From positions 1 to 27,653 of the IMG/VR virus record IMGVR_UViG_3300020045_004789: a stretch of DNA of 27,653 nucleotides; one strand, written 5' to 3'. A program made the position numbers and the translations under genes. The DNA is from a virus (lineage: Duplodnaviria > Caudoviricetes). How positions within the stretch are numbered: position 1 is the first letter of the stretch; each line of letters starts with the position of its first letter. This document shows, one piece after another, positions 1 through 8,410 of the stretch. The notes under the pieces were generated by a model, which was not told where the DNA came from, made no database searches, and worked only from the letters and a program-made list of their open reading frames with translations.

Positions 1-78
1 TGGGTGAAGGATATCAAATCCTTTGGCCATGAAGACACTGAAGGAACTTGCACCTATACCCCAGATAGGGATAAGTAA
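1..78 (+). CDS. 3' end of a hypothetical protein (truncated by the window edge)
   Basis: Open frame WVKDIKSFGHEDTEGTCTYTPDRDK* whose TAA overlaps the next ATG (TAATG at 76-80). Confidence 0.4.
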   Translation, partial: WVKDIKSFGHEDTEGTCTYTPDRDK

Positions 79-239
79 TGGAACTAAGACCTATAGACAG
101 GGTTGTTGATGCGATTGGAGTGGTTGGCATTCTGCTTGCTCTTTATCTTATCGCGATGCAGTGGCATAAGTCGTTCTCCAAGATAGAAGAGGCTTCCAGG
201 AGCATTGTGATCTCTGAATCCATGAAAAATAAGGCTTAG
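78..239 (+). CDS. Small single-TM membrane protein, 53 aa (not in ORF track)
   Basis: MELRPIDRVVDAIGVVGILLALYLIAMQWHKSF...; TAATG coupling upstream, next ATG 1 nt after the stop. Confidence 0.6.
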   Translation: MELRPIDRVVDAIGVVGILLALYLIAMQWHKSFSKIEEASRSIVISESMKNKA

Positions 240-240
240 G

Positions 241-489
241 ATGAACGTTTTTTTTACTCTATATGCATCCATTGCGTGTATGGCCTGTGAAGCGGCTCCT
301 GCTTTGTACCGATCCCAGGAATTGGATGTTAGTGAATGCGATTGGAGAGACGTACAGGCTTACCTACTTTCGTGGGATGTCGTTTACGAGTCAGTTCCTG
401 ACATGGTCGATGAGATGTGGATTAGGAGATATGGCATAACTTACCCTGAATGGAGAGAGGATGTTAGGGAGTATTATGGGTTATATTAG
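241..489 (+). CDS. Hypothetical exported/membrane protein, paralogue 1 (CxxCE plus Trp-rich domain)
   Basis: Hydrophobic N-terminus; clear similarity to the next ORF. Confidence 0.7.
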   Translation: MNVFFTLYASIACMACEAAPALYRSQELDVSECDWRDVQAYLLSWDVVYESVPDMVDEMWIRRYGITYPEWREDVREYYGLY

Positions 490-715
490 GAATTTCGCGT
501 TTCTAGGGGGTTTTTTGGCTCTATCTGTGTGTGGGGTGTGTGAAGACACCTGTGATGGCTCATGCTTCTTTCCTGAGCCTTCCTTTGGGGAGTATGTAGA
601 GTTTTGGGATCGCGTTTACCTAGCCACTCCCGATGAAGTGGATTTGCTGTGGTATAGGCTCAATGGGGTGAGCTATCTCGAATGGCGTAAAAGCGTCACG
701 CTGTCTGATAAATGA
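476..715 (+). CDS. Hypothetical exported/membrane protein, paralogue 2
   Basis: ATG at 476 after GGGAG preferred over 461; WDRVY..PD.VD..W....G.SY.EWR motif shared with 241..489. Confidence 0.7.
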   Translation: MGYIRNFAFLGGFLALSVCGVCEDTCDGSCFFPEPSFGEYVEFWDRVYLATPDEVDLLWYRLNGVSYLEWRKSVTLSDK

Positions 716-1415
716 TCTGAAAGAAGTTCGTTGATAGAGTCATTGTCGCGTTAGTTACGTTTGTGGCCGTTGCAGTGTAAAGCTGGAATTGAGCTGTTCC
801 TGAAGTTGTCAAGGCTCGAGCAAGCGTTCCAACGCTTGTGTATGTAACTGTACCAGCTCGATACTGATTCCCAGTTACTGGCGTAAATGGAAGCCCGCCA
901 ATTATAGCGGCACTTGCGTCAGCCGTTGCAGGATAAATCACGATACATGTAGCAATCACTAAAGTCCCTATGCGGATGTACGACCCTGTTGCCGTTGAAA
1001 AAGTTAGACCCGCTCCGCTAGCATCCGTCGGAGTCCATGCGGCTTCCGAACTAATTGCTGCCCATGCGGGGGGTGCTCCGCTCTGAGCCGTCACCACGTA
1101 TCCGGGTGTGCCGTTCGCCAGTAGGGAAGGAACTCCAGTGTTTGAAGTGATCAAAAGGCCATTGTTAGCGGTTGCCAGTCCAGAAACAACATTAGTTGCA
1201 CTAGAATACAGAATCTGGCTGACCGTAGTTGTAGCAGGATAAGTGGCAGTCGTATAGGCAGGTGCTACACCAGCGCCAGAACTTTGTATGAGTTGACCCG
1301 CTGTTCCAGCAGCAGTAGATGATATGACATTGCTCGCGTCGTCGTACAGTACTCCATAAGCGGTAAGACTGGTTTGATAGAGATTACCAGCAGTATTTTT
1401 TCCTGAACTAGCCAT
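696..1415 (-). CDS. Tail fibre / receptor-binding protein (239 aa)
   Basis: Thr/Ala/Gly-rich; C-terminal WTPT...GSYIRIGTLV...IGGLPF motif typical of phage fibre tips; SD AAGGT. Confidence 0.75.
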   Translation of the reverse strand: MASSGKNTAGNLYQTSLTAYGVLYDDASNVISSTAAGTAGQLIQSSGAGVAPAYTTATYPATTTVSQILYSSATNVVSGLATANNGLLITSNTGVPSLLANGTPGYVVTAQSGAPPAWAAISSEAAWTPTDASGAGLTFSTATGSYIRIGTLVIATCIVIYPATADASAAIIGGLPFTPVTGNQYRAGTVTYTSVGTLARALTTSGTAQFQLYTATATNVTNATMTLSTNFFQIIYQTA

Positions 1416-1434
1416 TTTTTACCTTTCCATATTT

Positions 1435-1995
1435 TTAAGAAACTCTAAAACCAGAGAAATATGAATACGCGGTTGTTGCATCCCCATAGACACCAACGGT
1501 TTTTGCGCCCCCGCTAATCAATGCGCCGATACTTACTGTATTACCAGAGGTTAAAGCAAGTGTGATGGAGCCGTTCAAGGATATATTCCCAGAACCTCCT
1601 AGAGCTATTGGAGCTGGGTTGAGAATGGGATTACCCCCCCATGTGGAAGTCCCTTGGATGTATAAAGTTAGTCCCGTATGCGCTCCACCTATCGACGTGA
1701 AAAATATGCCATATTGGAAACTGTACGATCCCGTAGCCGGTGCAGTATAAATTCCTGTTGCAGTGTCGTAATTGCTTCCAGTGTTGATCGCTGCTGTATT
1801 AAAAATGACCGTGTAGTTTGTTCCATCACCAGTAACATTTGTGACAGGTGTATTTACACGAGCTGAAAATACGGATGGGGTATAGGGGGCGGTTGCGGCT
1901 ACTAACACACCGTTAGAATCGGCTGCAAGAGCTGTTGAACTTGCTATGGATGTTGAGTAAAGATTTCCGCTAGTATTTTTACCTGAACTTGCCAT
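1435..1995 (-). CDS. Tail fibre protein with C1q-like globular head (186 aa)
   Basis: FSA...VIFNTAAINTGSNYDTATGIYTAPATGSYSF...FSGFRV is the gC1q signature; SD GGAG. Confidence 0.8.
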   Translation of the reverse strand: MASSGKNTSGNLYSTSIASSTALAADSNGVLVAATAPYTPSVFSARVNTPVTNVTGDGTNYTVIFNTAAINTGSNYDTATGIYTAPATGSYSFQYGIFFTSIGGAHTGLTLYIQGTSTWGGNPILNPAPIALGGSGNISLNGSITLALTSGNTVSIGALISGGAKTVGVYGDATTAYSYFSGFRVS

Positions 1996-2004
1996 AACGT
2001 CTCC

Positions 2005-2943
2005 TTATAAAATTGAAGCCAAATTTGTTTCAGTTGTTACGTTATGTCCCGATGATGTCCCCATAAATGAAAGTACAGCATATTTAAGCGTTCCCGCTCC
2101 AGTAAGCACATTCGCTGCTGAGGAATCCAGCGCACAGTTGACCATTGTTCCAACTGTACCAGCTCCTATCGATGCTACCGCCTGGCCATCTGTTGTAAAC
2201 CTGCTATTAGATGCCACAAACGTTGCTGTGCTCGAAGTGGTAATCATAGCCGCTCCTAATCCAGTAACAGTTAAACTTGTGTTGTGAAAATTAGCCGCCG
2301 AAGAGCTTTGCAGGGTCAACCCGTTCTGCCATTGCCCCCCAATTATCGAAACAGTTGTTCCTGTGGCATTTAGAGTAGAGGCTGTCGTAGATCCTCCATT
2401 TAACCAGTGGCAATCGTTAAAAATTAATGATGTGCCCGCACCCGTCACGTTGAAAACCGCTACTGCTGTTCCGCCTAGATTCCCATTGCATCGATATAAA
2501 TAATAACGGCCACCTCCACTACTGCTGTTTAACATAAAAACGTTAGTAGTTGAATAGAAGTAAGAATCTTGAACATATACGCTGGGTGCTGCTGTTCCAG
2601 TAACAGAAAATATATTGTCGCTGTTTGAGTTAAATTGAATGTTGGCGAATTTTGTGATTCCCGTAGCGTGAGTAAAGGAAATCTTTCCTGTGATGGTTAC
2701 TCCAAGGGATGTCCCGTCGTAATTTAAGCCATTTCCACCCATTCCGCAGAGGGTTATTCCGGATGTAGAGATAGTCGGATTCTCGGTGTAGGTTCCGGGC
2801 CGAATGAAAATGGTGTCTCCAGAGGATGCGACAGCGAGCGCAGCAGCTATTGTGCTGTGCGTGCCATTGGCCGTCGTAGTTCCGTCCACTATGAACTTAG
2901 CTGGCCCGTAATTTCCTGTGCTGACTGATCGTGTAAATGTCAT
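2005..2943 (-). CDS. Tailspike-like right-handed parallel beta-helix protein (pectin-lyase fold)
   Basis: TIAAALAVASSGDTIFIRPGTYTEN N-cap motif followed by Asn/Gly/Ser-rich beta-helix rungs. Confidence 0.75.
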   Translation of the reverse strand: MTFTRSVSTGNYGPAKFIVDGTTTANGTHSTIAAALAVASSGDTIFIRPGTYTENPTISTSGITLCGMGGNGLNYDGTSLGVTITGKISFTHATGITKFANIQFNSNSDNIFSVTGTAAPSVYVQDSYFYSTTNVFMLNSSSGGGRYYLYRCNGNLGGTAVAVFNVTGAGTSLIFNDCHWLNGGSTTASTLNATGTTVSIIGGQWQNGLTLQSSSAANFHNTSLTVTGLGAAMITTSSTATFVASNSRFTTDGQAVASIGAGTVGTMVNCALDSSAANVLTGAGTLKYAVLSFMGTSSGHNVTTETNLASIL

Positions 2944-2967
2944 GACGCCTCTTTTTAAACTTTTCTT

Positions 2968-4134
2968 TTACACCTGTTCTGTCCATGTCAAAGCCACAGA
3001 TGGAGATATAGCCGCCCCAGAACTAGTGGCGCTAACTGTGAGTGTATCTGAATTATTCATTATTATTGGGATATTTTTTAGATCTATTTGCGCGTTGGTA
3101 TTGCCTTGAGAAAAAAAAATAGCTACTTGCCTGCCACCGGTTACAGTTGTTCCAGCAACATCATAAGAAACAACAGATGTATTCGTAGAAATATTGGTAA
3201 ACGAAGGTGCTCCTCCAAGAGTAGCGTTCAATTTTAGTCGATATGTTACATCTGCAATTCCTGTATTTGTCGAAGAAAGAAAAAGAGGGGTGACTGATTT
3301 TCTGTTCAAAATACTGTTAAATGTTGCGTTGTTTTTTATTGTCAGAATGTTTGTTTCAGTAGTTATTGCGCTTTTTGAATTGCTAATTGAATTTATTAAA
3401 CCCAAATCTACCAACGCTCCTTCGACAAATGCAGCCATTGATGGAACTTTAAGAGATATATTTGAATCATTTGAGGTGTTGGCGACTTTGGCATATAGAG
3501 GCATTGATGGATTTAGCAGGGACGTAGAAGTGTTAGAGTTGGCATATTGAATAGAATGAACCCATGCGAATCTTCCAGTGTTAGGATTTTCAATATAGAA
3601 ATTCAGCTCCCCAAATCCAAGCCACTGGTATTGGATTTTGTAAACATTTCCCTTCGTTGGATCTAGCGTCATTCCAGACGCTCCGCTTCCATCCATCTTG
3701 TCTTTGTTCCATGCAGATTGAGCGATAAAGTTGTCTACCGAGTTTGACCGGCGATTGATCCCAAATGTTGAATTATTAAAACAAAAATTTAGTGAATTTA
3801 CTGAGTCTCCCAATCCCGCTTCTTGTATGCTACCGCTTACGCCTGGAGTGTAGATTGCTGTAAACAAACAAAGCCCACCTTCCCCAGTTTTATAGTGTAG
3901 ATTGTTTTTTGATGTAAAAGAAGCAGACGAATTGATTGCAGCAGTTGTGCTCAAAACAGCAAAAGGAGTGCTATGCGTAACAGTGCCACTCCCAGTTGTG
4001 CTCGTAGACACTTCATCAGTGTTTATATTGTATGGAAATTGCAGTTGTATTCGGGGGAGCAACGACGATGTTGTTAAATTACCAAATGCGTCTGCATTTG
4101 AAAAAACAGCGTTGATAGAATTAGCAAATCCCAT
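2968..4134 (-). CDS. Putative virion beta-sandwich (lectin/ConA-like) receptor-binding protein (388 aa)
   Basis: Long ORF in the fibre cluster; beta-rich; QSAWNKDKMDGSGASG...NVYKIQYQWLGFG motif seen in phage structural proteins; visibly AT-richer than its neighbours. Confidence 0.55.
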   Translation of the reverse strand: MGFANSINAVFSNADAFGNLTTSSLLPRIQLQFPYNINTDEVSTSTTGSGTVTHSTPFAVLSTTAAINSSASFTSKNNLHYKTGEGGLCLFTAIYTPGVSGSIQEAGLGDSVNSLNFCFNNSTFGINRRSNSVDNFIAQSAWNKDKMDGSGASGMTLDPTKGNVYKIQYQWLGFGELNFYIENPNTGRFAWVHSIQYANSNTSTSLLNPSMPLYAKVANTSNDSNISLKVPSMAAFVEGALVDLGLINSISNSKSAITTETNILTIKNNATFNSILNRKSVTPLFLSSTNTGIADVTYRLKLNATLGGAPSFTNISTNTSVVSYDVAGTTVTGGRQVAIFFSQGNTNAQIDLKNIPIIMNNSDTLTVSATSSGAAISPSVALTWTEQV

Positions 4135-4198
4135 TGGAACCTACACGATTAACCATGTTACCAAACGCATCTTCGTTTTCAAAAAAATAATTTATTTT

Positions 4199-4684
4199 TT
4201 AAGCGAGTACCCAGGTTCCTATTATCCCACCAACAGCTTCCCAGCATGTGTTTGAAGCACGATACACTAATTCTACAGAATCTCCGTGTGCGGTACTCAC
4301 AGCCGTACCACCTGCACTAGATACCAACGTGCCCATGCGAATTATCTGCGTTCCCGGCGCATCGATGGTGAGTACTTGTGTAGCGTGATCGACGAGAAAC
4401 TTAATCGTATCACCTTGCGCAGGGACAGCAGGAAGAGTTCCTGTAGCTGTTCCGGTGATGAAATATCCGTTAGATTCTAAAGGTGAAAAGGCTCCACTGA
4501 CATCATTCCATGTGAAGGCCCCATTATCAGCGGAAATCGTCGTATTACCTGAAACGCCATCGGCATTTGTTAAAGTAATTCCCGTTCCGGCTTGAAATGT
4601 TCGACCATTCCATACACCGGTTGATGCGTTGAAACTCTGATATCCACCTGTAGATGCGTTGACTGGATTGTTAATTGTTGGCAT
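4199..4684 (-). CDS. Tail fibre-associated protein (161 aa)
   Basis: AGTGITLTN fibre motif; C-terminal TW...GYF...TLP...GD...GDSVEL...WEAV domain paralogous to 4694..5281. Confidence 0.7.
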   Translation of the reverse strand: MPTINNPVNASTGGYQSFNASTGVWNGRTFQAGTGITLTNADGVSGNTTISADNGAFTWNDVSGAFSPLESNGYFITGTATGTLPAVPAQGDTIKFLVDHATQVLTIDAPGTQIIRMGTLVSSAGGTAVSTAHGDSVELVYRASNTCWEAVGGIIGTWVLA

Positions 4685-4693
4685 TTCTCTCCG

Positions 4694-5281
4694 TCAATTT
4701 ATTATAATATTCCCTGCAAACGAAACGGCTTCCCACTGGGTATTTGCCACAGAACATACTAATTCAACAACATCCCCAGTCTTAGTTGAAACTAATGACC
4801 CCAGTACGCCTACTGTCGTTGTTTGATTGGCAACTTGAATAAATTGAGCAGCATTTTGAGCTATCGTCCACCCGTTACTTGTAAATGCGTAAACTTTGAA
4901 CGTGTCTCCAACTGACGAAATAGCAGGCAAAGTAACGATTAGTCCGATTGGCCCGGGAGTTGCGCTATTGGCAAAATATCCATGTCCTTTAACTGCTGTT
5001 AAATCGGCAGCTTGGACATTCCATGTTAATCCTGAAATTGCTTGTAATTGATTTGAGGCGTTGATAAATATGGTTGAGCTGTCAGTTTGTACAACTGCAT
5101 TCATTTCCCCGGCAGCAGACGTATTGAATAAAACAGCTCCATTCGCAGTCGAGCCTCCGGCTAGTGATCCAGAGAAATTAAAATTATTTCCACTTGGTGG
5201 GGTTGCAGCTCCATTTTCCGCACTGAGGGTATTAATTGAAGAGCCAGGAATTGAATTTGAATCTATAAAGAACTGACTCAT
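4694..5281 (-). CDS. Tail fibre-associated protein (195 aa)
   Basis: C-terminal TW...GYF...TLP...GD...GDVVEL...WEAV domain (T4 gp9/gp10-like beta domain). Confidence 0.7.
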   Translation of the reverse strand: MSQFFIDSNSIPGSSINTLSAENGAATPPSGNNFNFSGSLAGGSTANGAVLFNTSAAGEMNAVVQTDSSTIFINASNQLQAISGLTWNVQAADLTAVKGHGYFANSATPGPIGLIVTLPAISSVGDTFKVYAFTSNGWTIAQNAAQFIQVANQTTTVGVLGSLVSTKTGDVVELVCSVANTQWEAVSFAGNIIIN

Positions 5282-5290
5282 TTTTTACCC

Positions 5291-5632
5291 CTATCGGTAT
5301 CCAATAATATAGAAACTACCTACTCCAGCAGATCCTTTACCCATTATGATTTGGCCTTTTCTCCCATAGAGTGTACCCGATCCATATGAAGAATTGTCAG
5401 AATGATTCGTTTGTAGGTCTAGAATTTGTGTTGAGCCAGCAGGAAAAAAATCTTGATCTGTGATTCCTCCATTATAGCTAACCGTTATCCCTACATTACT
5501 TCCATTATAGACTTTCAAAACCTTGATATCATCGCTAAAGCCGCTTCCGTTCAAGGCTGCATAAGTTCCAGCAAGCCCCGCTGTATTATAAACGGCCATC
5601 GTGATCGCTTGCATACTATTTAAATCAGCCAT
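5291..5632 (-). CDS. Small virion beta-protein (113 aa)
   Basis: SD GGAG; beta-rich; lies between fibre genes. Confidence 0.6.
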   Translation of the reverse strand: MADLNSMQAITMAVYNTAGLAGTYAALNGSGFSDDIKVLKVYNGSNVGITVSYNGGITDQDFFPAGSTQILDLQTNHSDNSSYGSGTLYGRKGQIIMGKGSAGVGSFYIIGYR

Positions 5633-5665
5633 TTTTCACTCCACAGGATTTTTTTCTTTCAGTGT

Positions 5666-5691
5666 GATGGGTGGTTTTCTTACCACCCATC
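5666..5691 (-). other. Stable intergenic stem-loop downstream of the main fibre gene
   Basis: GATGGGTGGT-6 nt loop-ACCACCCATC, perfect 10-bp stem; no U-tract on the - strand, so an mRNA stabiliser/processing site or weak terminator. Confidence 0.55.
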
Positions 5692-5708
5692 TTAACACTC
5701 AAATTATT

Positions 5709-8165
5709 TTATGCAACATAAGCATAAAGCCATACTGTTCCATTTGAATAGACGGTAGCTCCTGAGTAAGCAGCGTTCAAAACTTTTGTAGCAGCAGATG
5801 CACCACCACCAACCAGGTTTGTTCCGCCACCGTTGATAGTTATGTTATTTACTGCCGCCGTACCAGAGCCGTCTCTAATAACAAATGTTCTTCCTGCTAA
5901 GGCTGTAGCTGCAGGAAGCGTTACTTGTAAAACCCCCGCAGTTGTATCACAGTTAATCACATAGTCAGTTCCCAAAACTGTATAAGGAGTGTCAGCATTT
6001 GCTTTTGTTGTAATAGGAACAACCCATCCAGACGCAAATTTAATGCTTCCGGTGCCCGCTGTTAAATTAATTCTCGAGGCAGCCCCTCCAGCAGTAAAGT
6101 TCATAGCATCTGTTACGTTTTCCCCCGCACTTAACGTCATGGACCCGCTTGTGCAAGTAATAATTACATCTTTGGCTGCTGCTCCAGTTGCAACGATATT
6201 CATACCGCCACTGCTAGTAACATTGATGGAATCCGCGTTGGATTCGCCAGATGTCACATTCACTGCGCCAGCACTAGAAGACAATGTTAGATCTGCTGCC
6301 CCTGTTACAGTGAAATTTGAAGCAGTTGCAGAATCAATTGATACCGCTGCGGTAGTGTCTAGCGTAATACCACCAGTTCCCGCATCTACATCAATGCCGC
6401 CCGCTGCATTGCTAGCGTTTAACTTTATTGCATCAACCGCTCCTTCACCACCTTGTACAATGACGCTTCCGGCTGTTGAAAGAATGGTAATATCAAATGC
6501 CCCGGTGGCCGTTAAATTTGTTGCGCCAGCCGAATCCAATGACAAAACACCAGTAGAATCAACTGTAATACCACCAGTTCCTGCGTCAATGTCCATACCT
6601 CCAGCGGCATTACTTGCTATAATTCTTACTGCATCTGCGGCCGCTTGAGAAGAATCCAGATTCATTTGAAGAGCTACATCAACATCAAGACCACCCGCAG
6701 CCGCATCAATGTTAATTGCGTCTGTAGCCGCTTCGCCACCAGAAATAAGAATTGATCCAGCGGTTGAATTAACGGTAATATCAAATGCGCCTGTTGCAGT
6801 GAAGTTAGATGCTGCAGCGGCATCGAGAGAAATTGCTCCTGTTGTATCAAGAATAAATCCACTTGTGCCCGCATCCACATTGATGCCACCCGCTGCGCCA
6901 GATGCATTTATCGTGATAGCATTCACGTCCGATTCGGTTGCCTGGATATTGACACTAGAGCCTGTAGCAACGATGTCAATATCTTTGCCGGCTCCTGATC
7001 CAGTTGCCAGGATGTCTATACCGCCGGCCGTAGAAGTTAATGTGATAGAATCTGCGATGCTTTCTGTTGATTCGATCTTTACCGCTGATCCCGTCGCAGT
7101 GATTACTATGTCTTCGCCGGCTGCTGCTCCAGTAGATAATAGCTGAATCCCTCCAAGGGTAGATTCTAAATAAATGGCATCTCCAGCGCTTTCCGTAGAA
7201 ACCAGTCGAATCGAGGAGCCTGTCGCCGTAAGAGCAATATCCTCACCTCCTGTCGCTGAAGCTGCATTAATTTGAATACCGCCGACGCTCGAACTAATGA
7301 CGATAGAGTCCGCTACGTTCTCACCTGCTGTAATATTGACTGATCCAGCCGTACAAACAATGTCAATATCTTCCCCTGCTGCTCCTGCTGCGGTAACATC
7401 AATGCCCCCCGCAGACGCTATTAATTCGAGAGCATTAGCATGGTTTCTTGAAGATGTTAGGCTTAGAAGAAGGGCTACATCGACATCTAGGCCGCCTGCC
7501 GCCGCATCGATATTGATTGCATCCGTGGCCGCTTCGCCAGCGGTAATGTTGACAGCTCCCAGGGAACTCGATATGGTTGCATCAATTGCTGCGCCTGTAA
7601 CGCCGAAAGATGAAGCTGTATCAGAAGTGAGAATGTTTCCTGTTCCTACCCCGGTAGCCGCAAGATTTGTAAATGCACCTGCATTTGGTGCTGTACCGCC
7701 TATAGCAGGGGGGCTAGCTAAATTCGTTTTCAGCTTAAGAGGGGTAATTGCAGTATTGTCATTAGTACCCGTGTTAGTTTCTGCCTGTGTCGCCAGTTCA
7801 CCAATTCCCGATACAGTTTCAGACCAAGCAGGGGCACCAGCGATTGCGATCCCATCTACATAGTCTTTAATTTCTTTGACAGTTGGCACAAGAGTTAAGG
7901 AAGCAGCGTCCCCGAGTATAGTTGAGGATAATTGAACTATACCCGCCGCTGAAGTTGTAGCGTAGGCATTAGATCCAGCGTTCCATACTCCAGCAAATCC
8001 AGTAGTTGCATAAATTGTTTTTGCAGCAGAGCTCAGATCTTGCCATTGTGTTCCAGGTGGATATTGATCGTTTGTCGTTGGTGCGCGATTAGCTGAAATG
8101 AAAATTGGTCTAGAAGAGGTATTAGTAAGATTATCAAGAGGGTCTGAGGATACAAATCCTGTCAT
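5709..8165 (-). CDS. Main tail fibre protein (818 aa) with internal repeats
   Basis: T4 gp12/gp34-like motif SETVSGIGELATQAETNTGTNDNTAITPLKL; long run of ~22-23 aa Gly/Ala/Asp/Ile repeats; C-terminal TLPAA..GRTFVIRD..SNGTVW domain; SD GGAGA. Confidence 0.85.
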   Translation of the reverse strand: MTGFVSSDPLDNLTNTSSRPIFISANRAPTTNDQYPPGTQWQDLSSAAKTIYATTGFAGVWNAGSNAYATTSAAGIVQLSSTILGDAASLTLVPTVKEIKDYVDGIAIAGAPAWSETVSGIGELATQAETNTGTNDNTAITPLKLKTNLASPPAIGGTAPNAGAFTNLAATGVGTGNILTSDTASSFGVTGAAIDATISSSLGAVNITAGEAATDAINIDAAAGGLDVDVALLLSLTSSRNHANALELIASAGGIDVTAAGAAGEDIDIVCTAGSVNITAGENVADSIVISSSVGGIQINAASATGGEDIALTATGSSIRLVSTESAGDAIYLESTLGGIQLLSTGAAAGEDIVITATGSAVKIESTESIADSITLTSTAGGIDILATGSGAGKDIDIVATGSSVNIQATESDVNAITINASGAAGGINVDAGTSGFILDTTGAISLDAAAASNFTATGAFDITVNSTAGSILISGGEAATDAINIDAAAGGLDVDVALQMNLDSSQAAADAVRIIASNAAGGMDIDAGTGGITVDSTGVLSLDSAGATNLTATGAFDITILSTAGSVIVQGGEGAVDAIKLNASNAAGGIDVDAGTGGITLDTTAAVSIDSATASNFTVTGAADLTLSSSAGAVNVTSGESNADSINVTSSGGMNIVATGAAAKDVIITCTSGSMTLSAGENVTDAMNFTAGGAASRINLTAGTGSIKFASGWVVPITTKANADTPYTVLGTDYVINCDTTAGVLQVTLPAATALAGRTFVIRDGSGTAAVNNITINGGGTNLVGGGASAATKVLNAAYSGATVYSNGTVWLYAYVA

Positions 8166-8230
8166 ATAAATTCTCCATCGTACGATTGGTTAATTGTGAT
8201 CGCTAGCTAAGCGATTACGTTAATTTCTTC

Positions 8231-8290
8231 ATACGGTGGCGGGGCGTATTATACGGCCAATGACAGGACTGCGAATCCTTCTTTTCACGC
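8231..8290 (-). promoter_or_regulatory. Leader hairpins related to the capsid-leader motif
   Basis: GCGTGA-AAAGA-AGGA[TTCGCAG]TCCT and degenerate GCCGTA-TA-ATACG[CCCCGCCAC]CGTAT. Confidence 0.5.
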
Positions 8291-8298
8291 TGATTTAA

Positions 8299-8327
8299 AG
8301 CCTATCGATCTACATATTTATTAGCAA
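8299..8327 (-). promoter_or_regulatory. Putative late promoter for the fibre operon
   Basis: TTGCTA-N17-TAGGCT; 21/29 nt identical to 20020..20048. Confidence 0.6.
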
Positions 8328-8395
8328 AATAATTTTACACCCATAGACAAATGAGGTCATAAAATTTTATTTAGATTCTGAAAAAAGGAGTGGTC

Positions 8396-8404
8396 TGTTA
8401 ATCT
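8396..8404 (+). promoter_or_regulatory. Possible extended -10 promoter giving a leaderless mRNA
   Basis: TGnTAATCT ends 6 nt before ATG 8411; no SD at normal spacing. Confidence 0.35.
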
Positions 8405-8410
8405 TCTGTC

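Noticed and set aside
84-272. 62-aa - strand ORF
   Set aside because: The + strand has a tightly coupled gene chain (78..239, 241..489) that explains the region better
696-4134. Diversity-generating retroelement acting on the fibre tips
   Set aside because: No reverse transcriptase, and I found no long near-identical repeat pair differing only at adenines
5989-7863. Long + strand ORFs (219, 145 and 188 aa) opposite the main fibre gene, and similar shadows elsewhere
   Set aside because: Expected antisense shadows of Gly/Ala/Thr-rich codons; no SD and no recognisable motifs
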